A stretch of 64,000 bases of DNA from Cyanophora paradoxa CCMP329 (taxonomy: Eukaryota; Plantae; Glaucophyta): positions 310,001 to 374,000 of the forward strand of contig QPMI01000054.1 of the NCBI GenBank assembly GCA_004431415.1, in the 5' to 3' direction. A model generated the notes under the pieces. That model worked only from the letters and a program-made list of their open reading frames with translations. It did not search any database and was not told the origin of the DNA. Positions within the stretch are counted from its first letter, which is position 1. Each line of letters begins with the position of its first letter. Made by a program: the position numbers and the translations under genes. Shown here piece by piece: positions 11,181 to 23,574 of the stretch.

Positions 11181-13129
11181 ATGCAGCAGCAAGCGTTCGC
11201 TGCCCCGGCGCTCATCGTGAGCACCAGCGTGTGCAGCAATGTCGCAGCCAGTGGCGCGAGCTCGGCCTGCCCGGCGCAGACGGCGCGCGTGCCGAGCACG
11301 CCCGGCCGTCGGCACCTGCCGCGCACGCTGATCGCCGATGGGAAGCTGCAGCGTGCCGGCTTTGACGTCAAGCGAACTTTTGCGGGGAGCCGCGCTTCGC
11401 TGCGCCCCGTCGGGCCGGCGCCTGCGGTGCCGCACGCGCCGGCCTCGCCGGGCCAGCGCTGCGCCTCGGCGTCCCTCGCGACGGCTCCCAGCATTGCGGA
11501 CCTGTGCACGAGCACGATCCGCGTCCGCGAGGGCAGCTTCGAGGGCCAGAAGCAGGTGGGCCGGCGTCTGCCGTGCACGGCAGCGGGCGGCCGGCCTCTG
11601 AGCGGCCGGCGCGCAGGTGGACGGCAAGGCGCTGCCGCTGGTGGTGGAGCTGGAGGGCGGGTGCTCGGCTTCGGTGGCCGACGTGCGGGCGTGGGTGCAG
11701 GAGAAGAAGGCGGCGATGGAGGCGCTCATGCACGCGCACGGCGCCGTCCTCTACCGGGGCTTCCCCGCCCGCAGCCCCGCCGAGTTCGACTCCGTCCTCT
11801 CCGCCTTCGGGTCAGCGCGCCGCCCCCGCCGCGGCCCGCGCCCGCTCACACGGGCCGTGCACGTGGGACGCCCCGGGGCACGCGCAGGTACGAGGACGCG
11901 AACATCCGGCAGAGCGTCGCCGGCTGCGTGCGGCGGCTCCTCGAGGCCGACCCCGAGCACTACATCTGGATGGTGCCGCTCCTCCAGCTAATACGGCTTG
12001 GCCGAGCCTCGGCGCCGAGCGCTTCTCGCCCTGACGCCGGGGCCGGCGCAGCACCACGAGAACGCGCACCAGCCGCGCCCGATCCGCACCGTCTTCTTCC
12101 TCTGCGAGGAGCCGAGCGCGGAGGGTGCGCCGCCCCCGGGGGGCCGCCCCCGCAGCCCCGCCGCCGCGGCCGCGCCCGGCTCCGCTCACCTTAGCGCAGG
12201 TGGGGAGACGAGCGTCGCGCTGTCGACGCGGGTCCGGGAGCGGTTCGAGCGCGAGTGGCCCGATGCGTACCGCCGGTGCCCCGCCCCGCCCCCGCCTCGA
12301 GCGCCGCGCTTTGACCCGCGATTTGATCCGCGGTTCGATGCAGGGCGGTGGAGCGGCAGCTGATGAAGTGCGTCGTGATCCCCGGGCAGTTCGCCGCGGG
12401 CTACTTCGGCGAGTCCGACCCGTGCGCCCCTCGCGCGAGCAGCGCTCGGCCCGTCCGGCGCTCGTGTCTCCGAGCGTACCCCGCAGGGCCGCCGCGAGGA
12501 GCAAGGCGGCGTCGCTGGGGTACCGCGTCGAGGAGCAGCCGGACGGGCGCTGGTGGGTCAAGGTCCGCGTCGCCTCCGGGGCGCCGGCGCCCGCCCTCTC
12601 CAGAACGCGCCGCGCTCCTGACCGGGAGGCGCGCAGATCACGGGCCCGCCTGTTCGGCCGCACCCCGTCACCGGCGAGCCCGTCTTCTTCAACCACATGT
12701 CCTGGGGTACGCCGATTCTGCTTTTCGAGGGGGGTCGGGGTGCAGCGCACCGGCTGAGCGCCGCGCAGACTGGTGCCGCTTCTACGCCCCGAACTTCCCC
12801 ACGAACGGCATGGCGTACGGTGACGGGGAGGCCGTACCCAAGGAGGACATGGAGGTCCGGCCCTGTACCCCCGCCCCCCTGCCCCCGGCCGATCCCTCCC
12901 CGCACCAGGCCGTGCGGAATATCGCGGAGGAGGAGAAGGTCCCTGTACCCTGGCAGGCTGGCGACATTCTCATGGTGCGGTACCCCGCCCCGCCGAGCTC
13001 GCCGCCTGCTCCGCGCCGGGCCTGGAGCGATTCCGTACCCCCCGGGCGCAGGTGGACAACGTGAAGGCGATGCACGGTAGGAACGCGTACCGGGGCACCC
13101 GCAAGAACTACGGCGCCTTCTTCTACTAG
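11181..13129 (+). CDS. TauD/TfdA-family Fe(II)/2-oxoglutarate dioxygenase (clavaminate-synthase-like, At3g21360-type) with predicted plastid transit peptide
   Basis: MQQQAFAAPALIV... presequence; VREGSFEGQKQVDGKALPLVV, HGAVLYRGF, HHENAH (HxE iron ligands), VFFLCEEPSAEGGET, HPVTGEPVFFNH, YGDGEAVP, WQAGDILMVDNVKAMHGR (distal His); stop TAG at 13127-13129. Confidence 0.9.
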
Positions 13130-13558
13130 ACCCCCGCATCCCGTGGGCAGAGGCCCGGCGCGGGGCCCCGGCCCGCGGGGGCCTCCCCTAGTGCAGCGCC
13201 CCGCCACGTGCGCGCGAGGACGCCGCGGCGGTGTGCGTGGCAGCGCGACAGGGCCGTCTGGGTCGCAGCCGCTCCCGGACTCTGCGGCGCCAGCCCAACT
13301 TGGCAGGACCCTCACAACTGTGCAAGCGGCCCGCAGACTATGCAGCTCCCGACCCGCGCCCTTCAGCCTTGCTAGCATGCAGATTTGATGATGGAAACAG
13401 TCTGCCAGGCTGTTCCGAGTTCTTGTCCCAGGTCTTCGGTGTCTCGTTAAGAATTGCGGTCAGGTCTTCTCCTAGGTCTATAAAAACAATCGCGCACATG
13501 CATGCGCATGCACATGCGTTCTCTTAAAGAATTAGAATCTCGCGATCGTCACGGCGTG

Positions 13559-13605
13559 CCGGCCCTTTTTTTTTTGAGAGACTACGGTGGGGCGAACCGG
13601 CCCTT
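13559..13605 (-). mobile_element. Extremely 5'-truncated non-LTR retro-insertion (3' tail plus poly-A) with 9-bp TSD
   Basis: CCGGCCCTT occurs at 13559-13567 and 13597-13605, flanking (minus strand) TTCGCCCCACCGTAGTCTCTC-(A)n. The CCCACCGTAG before the poly-A also precedes the poly-A of the SINE at 52207-52387. Confidence 0.65.
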
Positions 13606-13754
13606 GCCATGATCCCCCATTATCCATTATTTCATTTAAAAATTTCACATTTGCAGCTACCGTCGATGTCGATCGACGTCTCTCTCCATGATCATATGAG
13701 CTTCGCGCGGTTCGCCTGGCATGTACATGTCCTAATTGGAAGGCTGTCGACGTC

Positions 13755-14917
13755 CACTATAGCCAGTACCGGTAAATCGCCAGTTCTACAGTAGCTATAG
13801 TCTCTCAGTAACACATCCTCGATATTGCCAAGTTGCCATCGACAATGTTACGGCAGGGCCCAAGGCCCGGGGGGTGATTTCTAGGCTTCGTAGCCAAATC
13901 CGGCGCGGCGCTGAGCTAGTCTGAGACACCTTCCTAGTCTGATAGGATTCTCGCCTTTCTTCACAAGTTTCTTGACAATAATGCGATAATTATAACTGGA
14001 TTCGAATTCGAAACTGCATGCGTGGAAGAATTGGAAGTTCAGACAGAAATTGTTTGGTGGCGCGGCTTTCGAATTCAGATGACCTTTCAAATTCCTCACT
14101 CGTCTTCATGCAGGCAATTTTACCGGTCCGCAAGTTCAGATTCAATCGATTGAGCCCTCGGGTCTTAAAAAATCAATCAATGTTCACCAGCGGTCCGCAG
14201 CGAACCATCCGGACCCCCATCGATCGTCATATCGGCGGCGATTCGGCGCGGGCCCCATAAGGGCCCATTTGCATGCCATGAATCATGGCCTTTGATGCCA
14301 GAATTAATTCCAGAATTCAATAATGCCATCATTGCCCGGGGCCATGTGAAGTTGTGAACAGCCGCCATACATGTCCAGCCGAAATTCTAGCGGAGCACAG
14401 CGAACGATTGGCGCGAAACTGAGCACGTCAGAAGTGCAGTTTGGAGCAATCTAGAGCAGGGAAATTTTTGGTTTCGCGCCAATGTCTCGCCGTGCAGAAG
14501 TTGGTCTCGGGGGTCGCTGCGCCCCGGCCCCCTCTTCAGCCCTCGACAGCTCAAGGCAGCTCAAGGCCCGCCCAGGCCCCCCCGCTCCCCCCAACTGCCC
14601 TTCCCGGGACTCGAACGCTGGGGCAATAAGACGCCGGCCGGGCGCACTGCTAGCTCGGCTAGCTCGCCGCGAAACTGGCCTTTTCCTCGTCGCCTTTGTA
14701 TGGCCATACATCTAGGAAAATTTCGTACCGGATCCGCACGAAACTGAGCCTTATTCTAGCATCAAGATGCATACTAGCTAGTATTAAACGCTTCAGTTTC
14801 TCGCCAATCGCTTCCCATTATTTTCAAAGTTTATCCAGCCAAATCGACCAGATGCAGTGAACACTGAAGAGAGCTGTAGTCGGTGTACTCACTGACTATA
14901 GCTACTGTACTACAGTG
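13755..14917. mobile_element. Decayed TIR element, possibly CACTA-type
   Basis: Perfect 16-bp inverted repeat TACAGTAGCTATAGTC (13787-13802) / GACTATAGCTACTGTA (14894-14909); outer ends CACTATAG and CTACAGTG; an internal near-perfect inverted pair CGATTGGCG(C/A)GAAACTGA at ~14405 and ~14800. Confidence 0.4.
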
Positions 14918-14929
14918 ACTGTACTCCGG

Positions 14930-15660
14930 AATCCGGAAATCAGTCGGAACTTCACTCGGAAGCTTAACGTTTTAACTAGTATGACTCGCGATCGGATTCG
15001 GATCCGGAACGTAATATAACGTCCGACGGTCCGAACGTTAACTTCCGAAGTTCCTCCCCGACTCCGAGGAGCCCCGGAGGGCCGAATGATGCCCGAAATT
15101 AAATTGGCCCCGAATTCGAATATTTAATCCCCGATATCGATCCGATGCCATGATGATCCGACCGATTCCGACGTCGACGCCGTGACGTCGACGGTCCGCG
15201 GATCCGGAGTCCAATCTCCGGAGCGGGGCAGCCCGGCGGAGTCGATCGCGATTCGCGAGTCGCGAGTCGACTCGCGACTCAGTCCGACCGACTCCGACGT
15301 CGACGTCGACTCAGTCTCAGTCGACGTCGCGCCGGTCGCGGTCCCGGCCGCGGCGTCCCGCGGAGTCGACGTCGACGTCGGCGCGGAGTCGCGGACTCGC
15401 CGCGGACTCCGGGAGGCCGGGCGGCGGACCGTACCGCCGGCGGTACCTGGTAGTACCGTAGTACCGCGGTCCGCGGGTCCGCCGGGCCGGGGGCGCCGGT
15501 CCGATGCACGATGCGTCGATGACTCCGATCCCGGCGATCCGCCGGCGGCCGGCGGGCCGGCCGCCGCGCCCGCCGCCCGGCCGGCCCTCGACTCGGCGAG
15601 TCGGGCGCCGGGCGCCGCCGCTGCAGTGGGGAGTCACTGGGGAGTCAGTGCCACGGTGGG
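14930..15660. repeat. Palindrome-saturated non-coding tract
   Basis: Near-continuous overlapping 4-12 bp palindromes (TCCGGA, GTCGAC, GACGTC, CCGCGG, TCGCGA, GGTACC, GCCGGC). Confidence 0.75.
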
Positions 15661-18600
15661 GACCCTTAAGCTTGCCGTGTAACACAAAAATATGCCATGA
15701 TGGCTGACATATTCAGGTCGTTATAAAACTTGACCCTTCTCTTGGTGAAATATGACGGTCCCAAATTATGTCCGACGGTCGTCATGACTCATGAAGTTTT
15801 CAGGCTTGTATGGCCCATGGGGCGGTTAATCGTGTGGGGCGACCTATTGTACCCGTTTTATGACGGCCCCAAATTATAATTATGTCGTTAGATCATGTCC
15901 GAACCGACATAAGATCGCGAGAGATTAATATTCGCGACAGGGCTTCCAACAGGGACAGGGCCCATGGCCAGGGGTAATCTTGCAATGGCCGGCGTTGGCC
16001 GCATGCGCAGCTGCAGGCTCTATATGATCTAGCGAAAGCGACGTCGACACGAATTCGAAGGCATCGCGGGGGATGATCATGAGTGCTGCAGCGCAGGCGC
16101 CCGTGCGACGTGGAGGTCCAGCTGCCCGTGCCGCGGCCGATCTTAAGCTTGCAATCGCTCACATGCATGAGCTCGGGAGGCCCGGGCCTCGCGATTGCGA
16201 TCGCGCTCAGTCATCTGCGCCGTCTGGCCATGGCCAGTGGTCCCTGGACGTCGACTCTGGGGCATCTTTCGACGTTTCGGATTCTCGGTTCCGGTGCGTT
16301 GACGTTCATTTTCCTTCTGATCATGAGGCCTACGCCCGCAGTCTACAAGGGCTGCAGCTGATCGTTATACATCGCTTTCTCGCCCGCTCATATGCATGGG
16401 CCGCGCGCGGACGATCAGAACGAAGATGGACAGCCTTCTCCACCAGCTCAGCAGAGGATCCGAGCCCGTCGGGTCGAGCGCGACGGCGCGGATCCGGAGC
16501 GTGGCGCTGCGGGAGGTGGAGCGGCGGCTCGCTCGCGCCGAGCGCTGGGCCACCGACGCGCCCGGCATCGAGGCCGAGGAGCTCGAAGCGGAACTGGCGA
16601 CGAAGCGGAAGCTTAAGGTGCGGACTGCGCATGCATATACAAACCAACATGTACAATATATATACGTATGCATATATGCGCTAGATAGATATATATCGGA
16701 TCGGCCGTTAATGATTTTATATAAAGAAACGCGATGATGATAATGATTACAGCCTGCACGCGCAAGCGCACGCATACGTATACGTCACGCAATTTTTGAA
16801 AAGAATTCGAAGACATCGATCGCAGCATACGCCCTATATACACCTAGGCCTGCAGCTGACGCTTCAATTCAAACAGACGGTTCCTAAATCTCTGGCTTCG
16901 AGATTCGCAAGTGCAACGGGGAAGCTCAAGATCGTCGGCGAGCTTCGGTCTTTGCCATCGAAGGCGCACCGGATTCGCGCGTTTGGCGGGAAGGGAGCAG
17001 GGGCGTCCGACCCCGGGTCTGCGGCCCTCTCCACGCCGCACGACCCGCGCGCGAAGCGAGAGGTGCGGTCCTTGGAATTCAACTCTCGCATTTGCCTTTT
17101 ATAGATATAGCTATCGCTCATCGTCGCCACCGTTGCGTTCAGTTCGACTTGCAACTCGCTCAAATCGAGTCCAAACTTAGTACGGCGCCTCAAATTGCGC
17201 GATCGCGAGCTCATCCGGATCATTAATTATTACTGCACTTCCAACAGCGAGCGTCCTCGGCCTTCCGAAGAACTCGTCCACGAGGCGCGGTGCGGTTGCG
17301 GCCCTTCAATTTAACGAAACGAAAGAAATTGAATATTCGCATGTACTGTATATACGTAGCTAGATCTGCATAATTATAGATTGCAAATTGATCGAACTCG
17401 AGCGCAGCAATGCAGGTTGGAGATCGTTGCTCGCTTCAGGAGCAGGTCCGCTCTCTAGCTATAGATCTAGATCTCATGATCAGGACTTTATAAATACATA
17501 TATTTAAAACGTGCATCATCGCTCGCGATCGCCGACTCGAGCTCGAGCTCGCACGTGCACACCGGTTCCTTTTGCGATTGATCATGCATACGATCACGTG
17601 CACGGCATGCGCAGCCCGACGAACGTTTTGGCGTGTCCATCATTGTACAGTCGAGGACGTCGCTGCGGGTGACTCTTCATGATCAAAGCGTTGCTGGCTC
17701 TGAAGCAACAGACGCCGAGGGGTACACGCTCAGCGCAAGCTTCGCGACGGATGGTCCAGCACCTGTGTGTTACATCTACAAACATGCTTGACAAAATGAA
17801 TCAAGTTTTCGGATTCGTTGATCAGCTCATTTTCGAGCGCAGGGACGCTCTGATTGCTGGTTAGCGAAAGGCCTGCGAGAGGTTTCGCTCTTCGTGGTCC
17901 GCTTTCGATCCGCGTTGCACTATATTATAAATTAATATGATTATCAATACTGTTCCGACGTGAAATTAATTTGCGATTGCGGATACGGTTTCTGGATACA
18001 TGATAAGCTGGACGACGACCCTCGCTTCGTTTCAAATGCCCTTCTTCACGTTGGTGCGCGATTTGTACCCGGCGCCGGCGTGCCCTCTAGATCTTGTTTG
18101 GTACATATCTCCGGTGGAATGATATCGATCGATCATGTGCAGCTGTCGTCGATCATAATCGTGAATATTAATCGACGGTTGCAGCTGTGTACGACGGAGG
18201 GAGCCGGACCCTGCGATCGATATCCCAGCTGCAGGCCTCGCGATCGCGATCGGATGAATTGAGCTCGAGCTCGAGCTCGGACGACAGTCCTTCAAAATCA
18301 AAGTCGTTGCAGGTGCGTTCAAGATAAATATAGCTAGAAGGAGATCGCTCATCGTTGTTGTTTTTCATTATCAAACGCAAACAAATTTATTCATGCTAAT
18401 CAAACGTCGTTCGAATTCTTTGATCAAAGGGCTGATTCACGTGCATGCTTATTTCAGATTCACGTTGAAAGCATCCCCTTCCAGCCGCTGCAGACCGCAA
18501 AGTGCGCCTTGTGCATTTATTGATGCGAATGCATTTATAAATATTATCTCGTTGACGCACGCCATTCGCAAACGTCGTTCGCAGAGTCGTCAAGGAGTCG

Positions 18601-20484
18601 CTTTCCGCAAAGAAGAAGACATCTTGCGTCTATCGATTCAAGCCTCAAGCAGCTGGTGGGTTCCACCAAAATTGCATTTTCTTGACACCGCGAATGATTA
18701 GTCTTCAATATTCATCGCTGATCATGGCTTCTCTTGGAAAACGAAAAGCCGGCTCAAGTTCGGTGATTGTCGAGTTCATCGCAATCCAAGGAGACGCAGA
18801 TGTTCACATTTCCAACGACCCAAGTCAGGCCGTGCCATCGGCTGGTAGACCGCGAATTATTACGGGCTGTGGCCATGCTGGATCGTTATTATTGTGTGTG
18901 GCGCATTCACTCACGATCGATATCATTGGATGCAGGTCAGTGCATGTGGTCGCTGGATGGAATCACATCTCAAAAAGTTCAAGTCGACCCAATAAGCCCC
19001 CAGTATCGTGCGTGAATTTGAGCTCAGAATTAGAGCTAACGAAAATGCTCTAGATCTGATCGATTATAATATCATAATTTATTGCTGAGACTCGCGTTGT
19101 GCAGGCGTCAACTGCTGGTGGTTCATCACGGTTGAGCTGCGGACCAAGGACCCCGCAGCCGGCGCATCCGCGCCCGTGTCGTTCGCCCTTCGGGCGCAGA
19201 CCCAGCCGTTCCCCGCGAAAACGATCCAGCAGATGACGAGCTCCCTCGCCGAGGTGATTCCGTTCTTCGTAGCGTCGATATCGATATCTTTGAAGGGCGA
19301 CACACACACCTACCGGTTCTTATATAACTGGAGATCCAAAGCGGCTTTAATTTCAACGGTCTCCGACAGGTACTCGAGAGGCAAGAGCGAGAAGCGAGGC
19401 GGGCAGAGGATAAGACGCGTCAGAACGCGGAGAAGGAAGCGCACCATAAGGTCCGCATTCATCGTGCAATTGGCAATCGCGAACGGAGCTCCCTCCGATC
19501 ATGTCAACGTTTGAATTCGAATTCGCGCATAAAAGCGACTGACCGGCGCAAATCAAATTGCGAACGAAGTGCACTTCGGAGTCGTCCGCAATGTCGACGG
19601 TGAGTTTCATTTACAATAAATTAACGACGTACGCTTGTTTCTGGCGCATAATATCTGGCCCTTTTCTGGTTGCCGTCTTAATCATAAGCTTGTACTCGAG
19701 TTCGCGATCGATCTGATCATGACCGCGAGCAAAAATATTGCGCGCTATATTTTGCGCTATATTAATATATTCAATCGATCGATATCAGAACGGGCTTCCA
19801 ATCATCAAAGTCCTCTGCGTCCAGCCAGCGCTAGCCCGAGCCACAACGGGGCTCGACCGGCCGCGGGATCCATGGCCAGTGATCATGAGTCCGTCCATGT
19901 AGCAGCTGCAGGCTCCAGCTCCAGGTGCTCATGATCATGTATCTATGCAGAATATTCGGCTTCGGCCGCGCGCGGCGGTCGACTGATTGTGCTTGCGCAC
20001 GCCCTGCAGCAAAATGCAGGAAGCAGCGGAATCGGTTTCTTCGACGTCGAATTCGCAGCGTCGGATGCAGAAGCTGAGGCTGAGCTGGGAGCCGGCTCAG
20101 GTCAGCGAGAAAGCGATTTACGTGCGAACTGCCTTCATTCGAATTCCTCGCTCTAGATTTGTTGCGCTGGACTGAAGCTGAGAGTACCCGCGCAGGCCCG
20201 CTTGGATCGAGCGGCTGCGGCCAACGCGCAGCGGCGATCCGACGTGTACAGGGAGAGCCCGCGGGGGCGCCTCCCCGCCTCCAATTCCTTCTCCTTCGGG
20301 GCTCCCGCGGTACCGGTCCGTATTCGGACTTGGCTCGGGCGAGCGCTAGCCTGTGGCGGGGACCCTATAGCTATGGCTTAGGCTTCCTCCGGCTCTCCTA
20401 CATATAGCGGACGTGTCACACGCGCGCGTGTCCTCGCAGGCCCCTTCGAATTCAAATGCCAGCCCATGGCCAACACCCGTCGGC

Positions 20485-20780
20485 CACGCCGAGACGCACT
20501 CGGCCCCCTCGTCGCTGCGGAAATTCTCGATGCATATGCCTGTCCGCCCGAGCTCGCCGGCGGGGTCTCCTCTGCGCCAGCTGGCGATTGGTTCTTCGAA
20601 GCCGGCTCCCCCACGCGAGCTAGAGGCTCCCCCAACCAGCCACGCCGAGACGCACTCGGCCCCGTCGTCTCTGCGGAAGTTCACACTACCGATGCCAGTG
20701 CGCCCCATGGCCAGCTCGGACACGGGATCTTCAATGCAGCAGCACGGTTCCACCAAACCGGCTCCTCCCCGTGAGGCCCC
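20485..20780 (+). repeat. Diverged tandem duplication, ~156-bp unit
   Basis: CACGCCGAGACGCACTCGGCCCC...CTGCGGAA begins at ~20485 and 20641; both copies end near CCGGCTCC..CCC. Confidence 0.8.
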
Positions 20781-21049
20781 ACCGAGCTCGCGATCGAGCG
20801 CGGTGTCGCGATCGGCGCCATTTAAATTTGCGTCTTCGCATCGCCGAATTTACGACTCAAGCACGTCGAACAGTTAGTGTAGAACAGAGCAGTACATTCG
20901 CATATGTATACACGATTCCAATGCCGAGAGCAGTATCGATATTTTCACGATTTCCAATGCCGAGTCCACGATTTCAAAATTAAAAAACCCCGGCCCCCGC
21001 GCTGCGGCAGCATCTGTTTGCCCAGACGCGCACCGTAGCTTTATATATA

Positions 21050-21217
21050 CTAGTGGCCCGGCCGCGATTCTCGCGCCGGGGGTGCAAGGGGGGAACCGTA
21101 ATCTAATGAAAGAGTCGTAGTGGCACGCACATGCACGGGGCAGATCTAGATCGACCCCGGCCCGGCCCAGCGCGCGCGGCAGGTTGAAGTGTAAAGATAG
21201 ACACAGATTATATATGA
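21050..21217 (-). mobile_element. Helitron-like 3' terminus, possibly a short non-autonomous Helitron
   Basis: Minus strand reads hairpin CCCGG-CGCGA-GAA-TCGCG-G-CCGGG, then CCA-CTAG followed by T (CTAG at 21050-21053). Candidate A|TC 5' ends at 21217 or 21207. Confidence 0.55.
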
Positions 21218-22831
21218 TTGAAAAAAATAGAGAAGGCCCGATAAGCAGACGCTGCGATCAAACCGAATAAGGAAAAGCCTCAATGAAAGGCCAGATTCAG
21301 CGCACTCTATATGATCATGAAAGATTGTTCTGGAGCGAAAAAACGCTGCGCATCAACTGTGTTCGCACGGCCTACCGCTAACCCTGAACAGCTGGCTAAA
21401 AGATGATGGTGCTGTCTGCAGAGGGCTCGCCGTAAACATAGGCGATCCAGGCCTTCTGGAGGGGGTCGGGGCGGAAGTCGACCATGGGGGTGAGCGGCAG
21501 CCAGCGGCGCCGGTCCTGAAGAGAGCCGTCTTGCGAGAGCATGGTGAGGCGGCCCGCCGCCTCGAGCGCCCGCAGAGCCACGCGGCTGGCGCGCTGCTCG
21601 CTCCCGCCGCGCATCTGGTAGACAAGGTCTTGAATCTCGATATCCGCGAGGCCGGCATGTGGAGGTCCTCGATCGCAGGCCTGCCGTGGCAATCATGATC
21701 ATGAACAGAGGTCAGCTATGGGCGGTCCACTTCAATGAATCTTCGCGCACCCGACAAAGCGAACGACGAAGCGATCCTGCCGCGCAGCCGCGAGTGCTTC
21801 GACGGTCGCTAAAGCGAAGGCGACGGCTTGCTCGCGCGTGGGGGGGAAGCCAGCCCGGTCGGGGATCGGGAGCTCGCGGACGACGATGAGCAGCGGCTTC
21901 TCAGCCGCTCCGAGCACGGACACGAGACCGCCGACGTCGGGGGCCGCTCCAAGACGGCTCAGTTTCGCGGGATGCGCATTCGGTTTCGCGGGGATCGGGA
22001 CCATGAGTTCGGGATTCAGAATTCGGAATGCGGGACTCGGGGCTTGAGTCAGCGTGATTCAGATCGTTTTCGTCCGAAGACGATACACGATCAGCTGATC
22101 TCCCATTGCAGCGCACGCGTTTCGAGGCCCTGAGGAGGGTTCGTGCACAGCATTTCAGCGATTTGAAGAAGTCTCTTGAGATTCATTACGCACTGCGGAC
22201 GGCGATGGTGGCAAAGCCTGGAGCAACAAGTCATTCACATTATGCGGGATATATATCGATGATTCTATTGCAAACCTGATTGATTTGACGGGCCAGTGCT
22301 GCCGCAGTGCTCCAATGTTCCTCTGGGGCAGTTGGAACGCTCCAGGCTGACTCAGTGAGCGTGCGGCAGTTGAAACGCTCCAGGCTGAGCGTGCACGTCA
22401 TTGCGGCCGGGAGATGCATGTCAACCAACGAGAGGGTACCGCCAGGGGCAGAGGCGACGATAAGCCTGTGGGAGGACTTCTCTGGACTTCAGCTGCGGCG
22501 CCCTGTGTATGCAGTATAATCTCAGAAAGCGAAACGCCAACTGAAGACTGGACACGCACTGCTGAATTAAGAGTACCCTGCGTGGCAATGAATACGTGTG
22601 TTATAATTAGCAGCTCCGCTTTTGCCAGCGCGCGGCTCAATCGAAACTGCACGAACTCGAGAGCTGCGACCATGCCATGATGCTGCGCATGCCGGACATG
22701 ACGAAACAAGCTCTGGCGCCAGCAGAAGTGTTCACGGGCTCCGTCCGGACAATGTAAGCAAGTTCCGCCGTTGCATGATGACGACACTGTGCAGCGGGCG
22801 CCACACGCGACGAAGTCCCGCCCCGGGACGA

Positions 22832-23574
22832 CACTAGTAAAAGGGGGGTCGCCGGAGCCTGTTTCAGCCTGATTTAAATCAGGCTTAAATCAGGCCGAGA
22901 CAGGCTTGGAAAAACAGGCTCAGCCTAATTTCGGAGGACTAAGCCTGATTTGAAACAGGCTGAAACAGGCTTGAATCAGGCTTGGATCAGGCTGAATGAG
23001 GCTCGAATCAGGCTTCAAACAGGCTTGAACATCAGGCTCGAATCAGGCTTATTTCAGGCTGGATCAGGCTTGCTACCCCCGCCCCGCCCCCAGCACCGCG
23101 CCAGCACACATAGAAGCATCGGAACTCGCATTGCACATATGAGAAGCACTGTTCTACATCTAAACATGCAGACTCGCACTGAAATTTGAAAGCGTTGAAA
23201 TTAAACGTTGAAAAACTGCAGCCTGCTTATCTGCATCTAGATCTGGTACAAATGGTACAAATGGTACAAATGGTACAATTGCAATGGCACTACTTGGGCT
23301 TGCCGCCAGCCTTGCCGCCAGCCTTGGCGGCCGGCGCTGCGGGCTTGACCTTGGGCTTGCCGCCAGGCTTGGGTCAGGAATCAGGCTTGGGTGCAGGCTG
23401 GAGTCCAGCCTGTAAAGAAATCAGGCTAGCCTGATAGCTAATCAGGCTAGCCTGTTTGGCAATCAGGCTGGAATCAGGCTGGCGGCTCAGCCTGATTCCA
23501 GCCTGTTTTCGAATCAGGCTAGCCTGATATTAATCAGGCTGAAACAGGCTCCGGCGACCCCCCTTTTACTAGTG
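22832..23574. mobile_element. Non-autonomous CACTA (En/Spm) element, 743 bp
   Basis: Perfect 43-bp TIR CACTAGTAAAAGGGGGGTCGCCGGAGCCTGTTTCAGCCTGATT at both ends; many subterminal (AAT)CAGGCT/AGCCTG(ATT) repeats in both orientations; no coding capacity; no TSD evident. Confidence 0.88.

Noticed and set aside
16197-18250. Cyanobacterial HIP1 (GCGATCGC) sites as evidence of plastid or cyanobacterial DNA
   Set aside because: The few occurrences are explained by general palindrome enrichment, and no cyanobacterial genes are recognisable there.
22860-23550. CRISPR array or iterons (CAGGCT repeats)
   Set aside because: Repeats are short, irregularly spaced, in both orientations and enclosed by CACTA TIRs; no cas genes; eukaryotic context.
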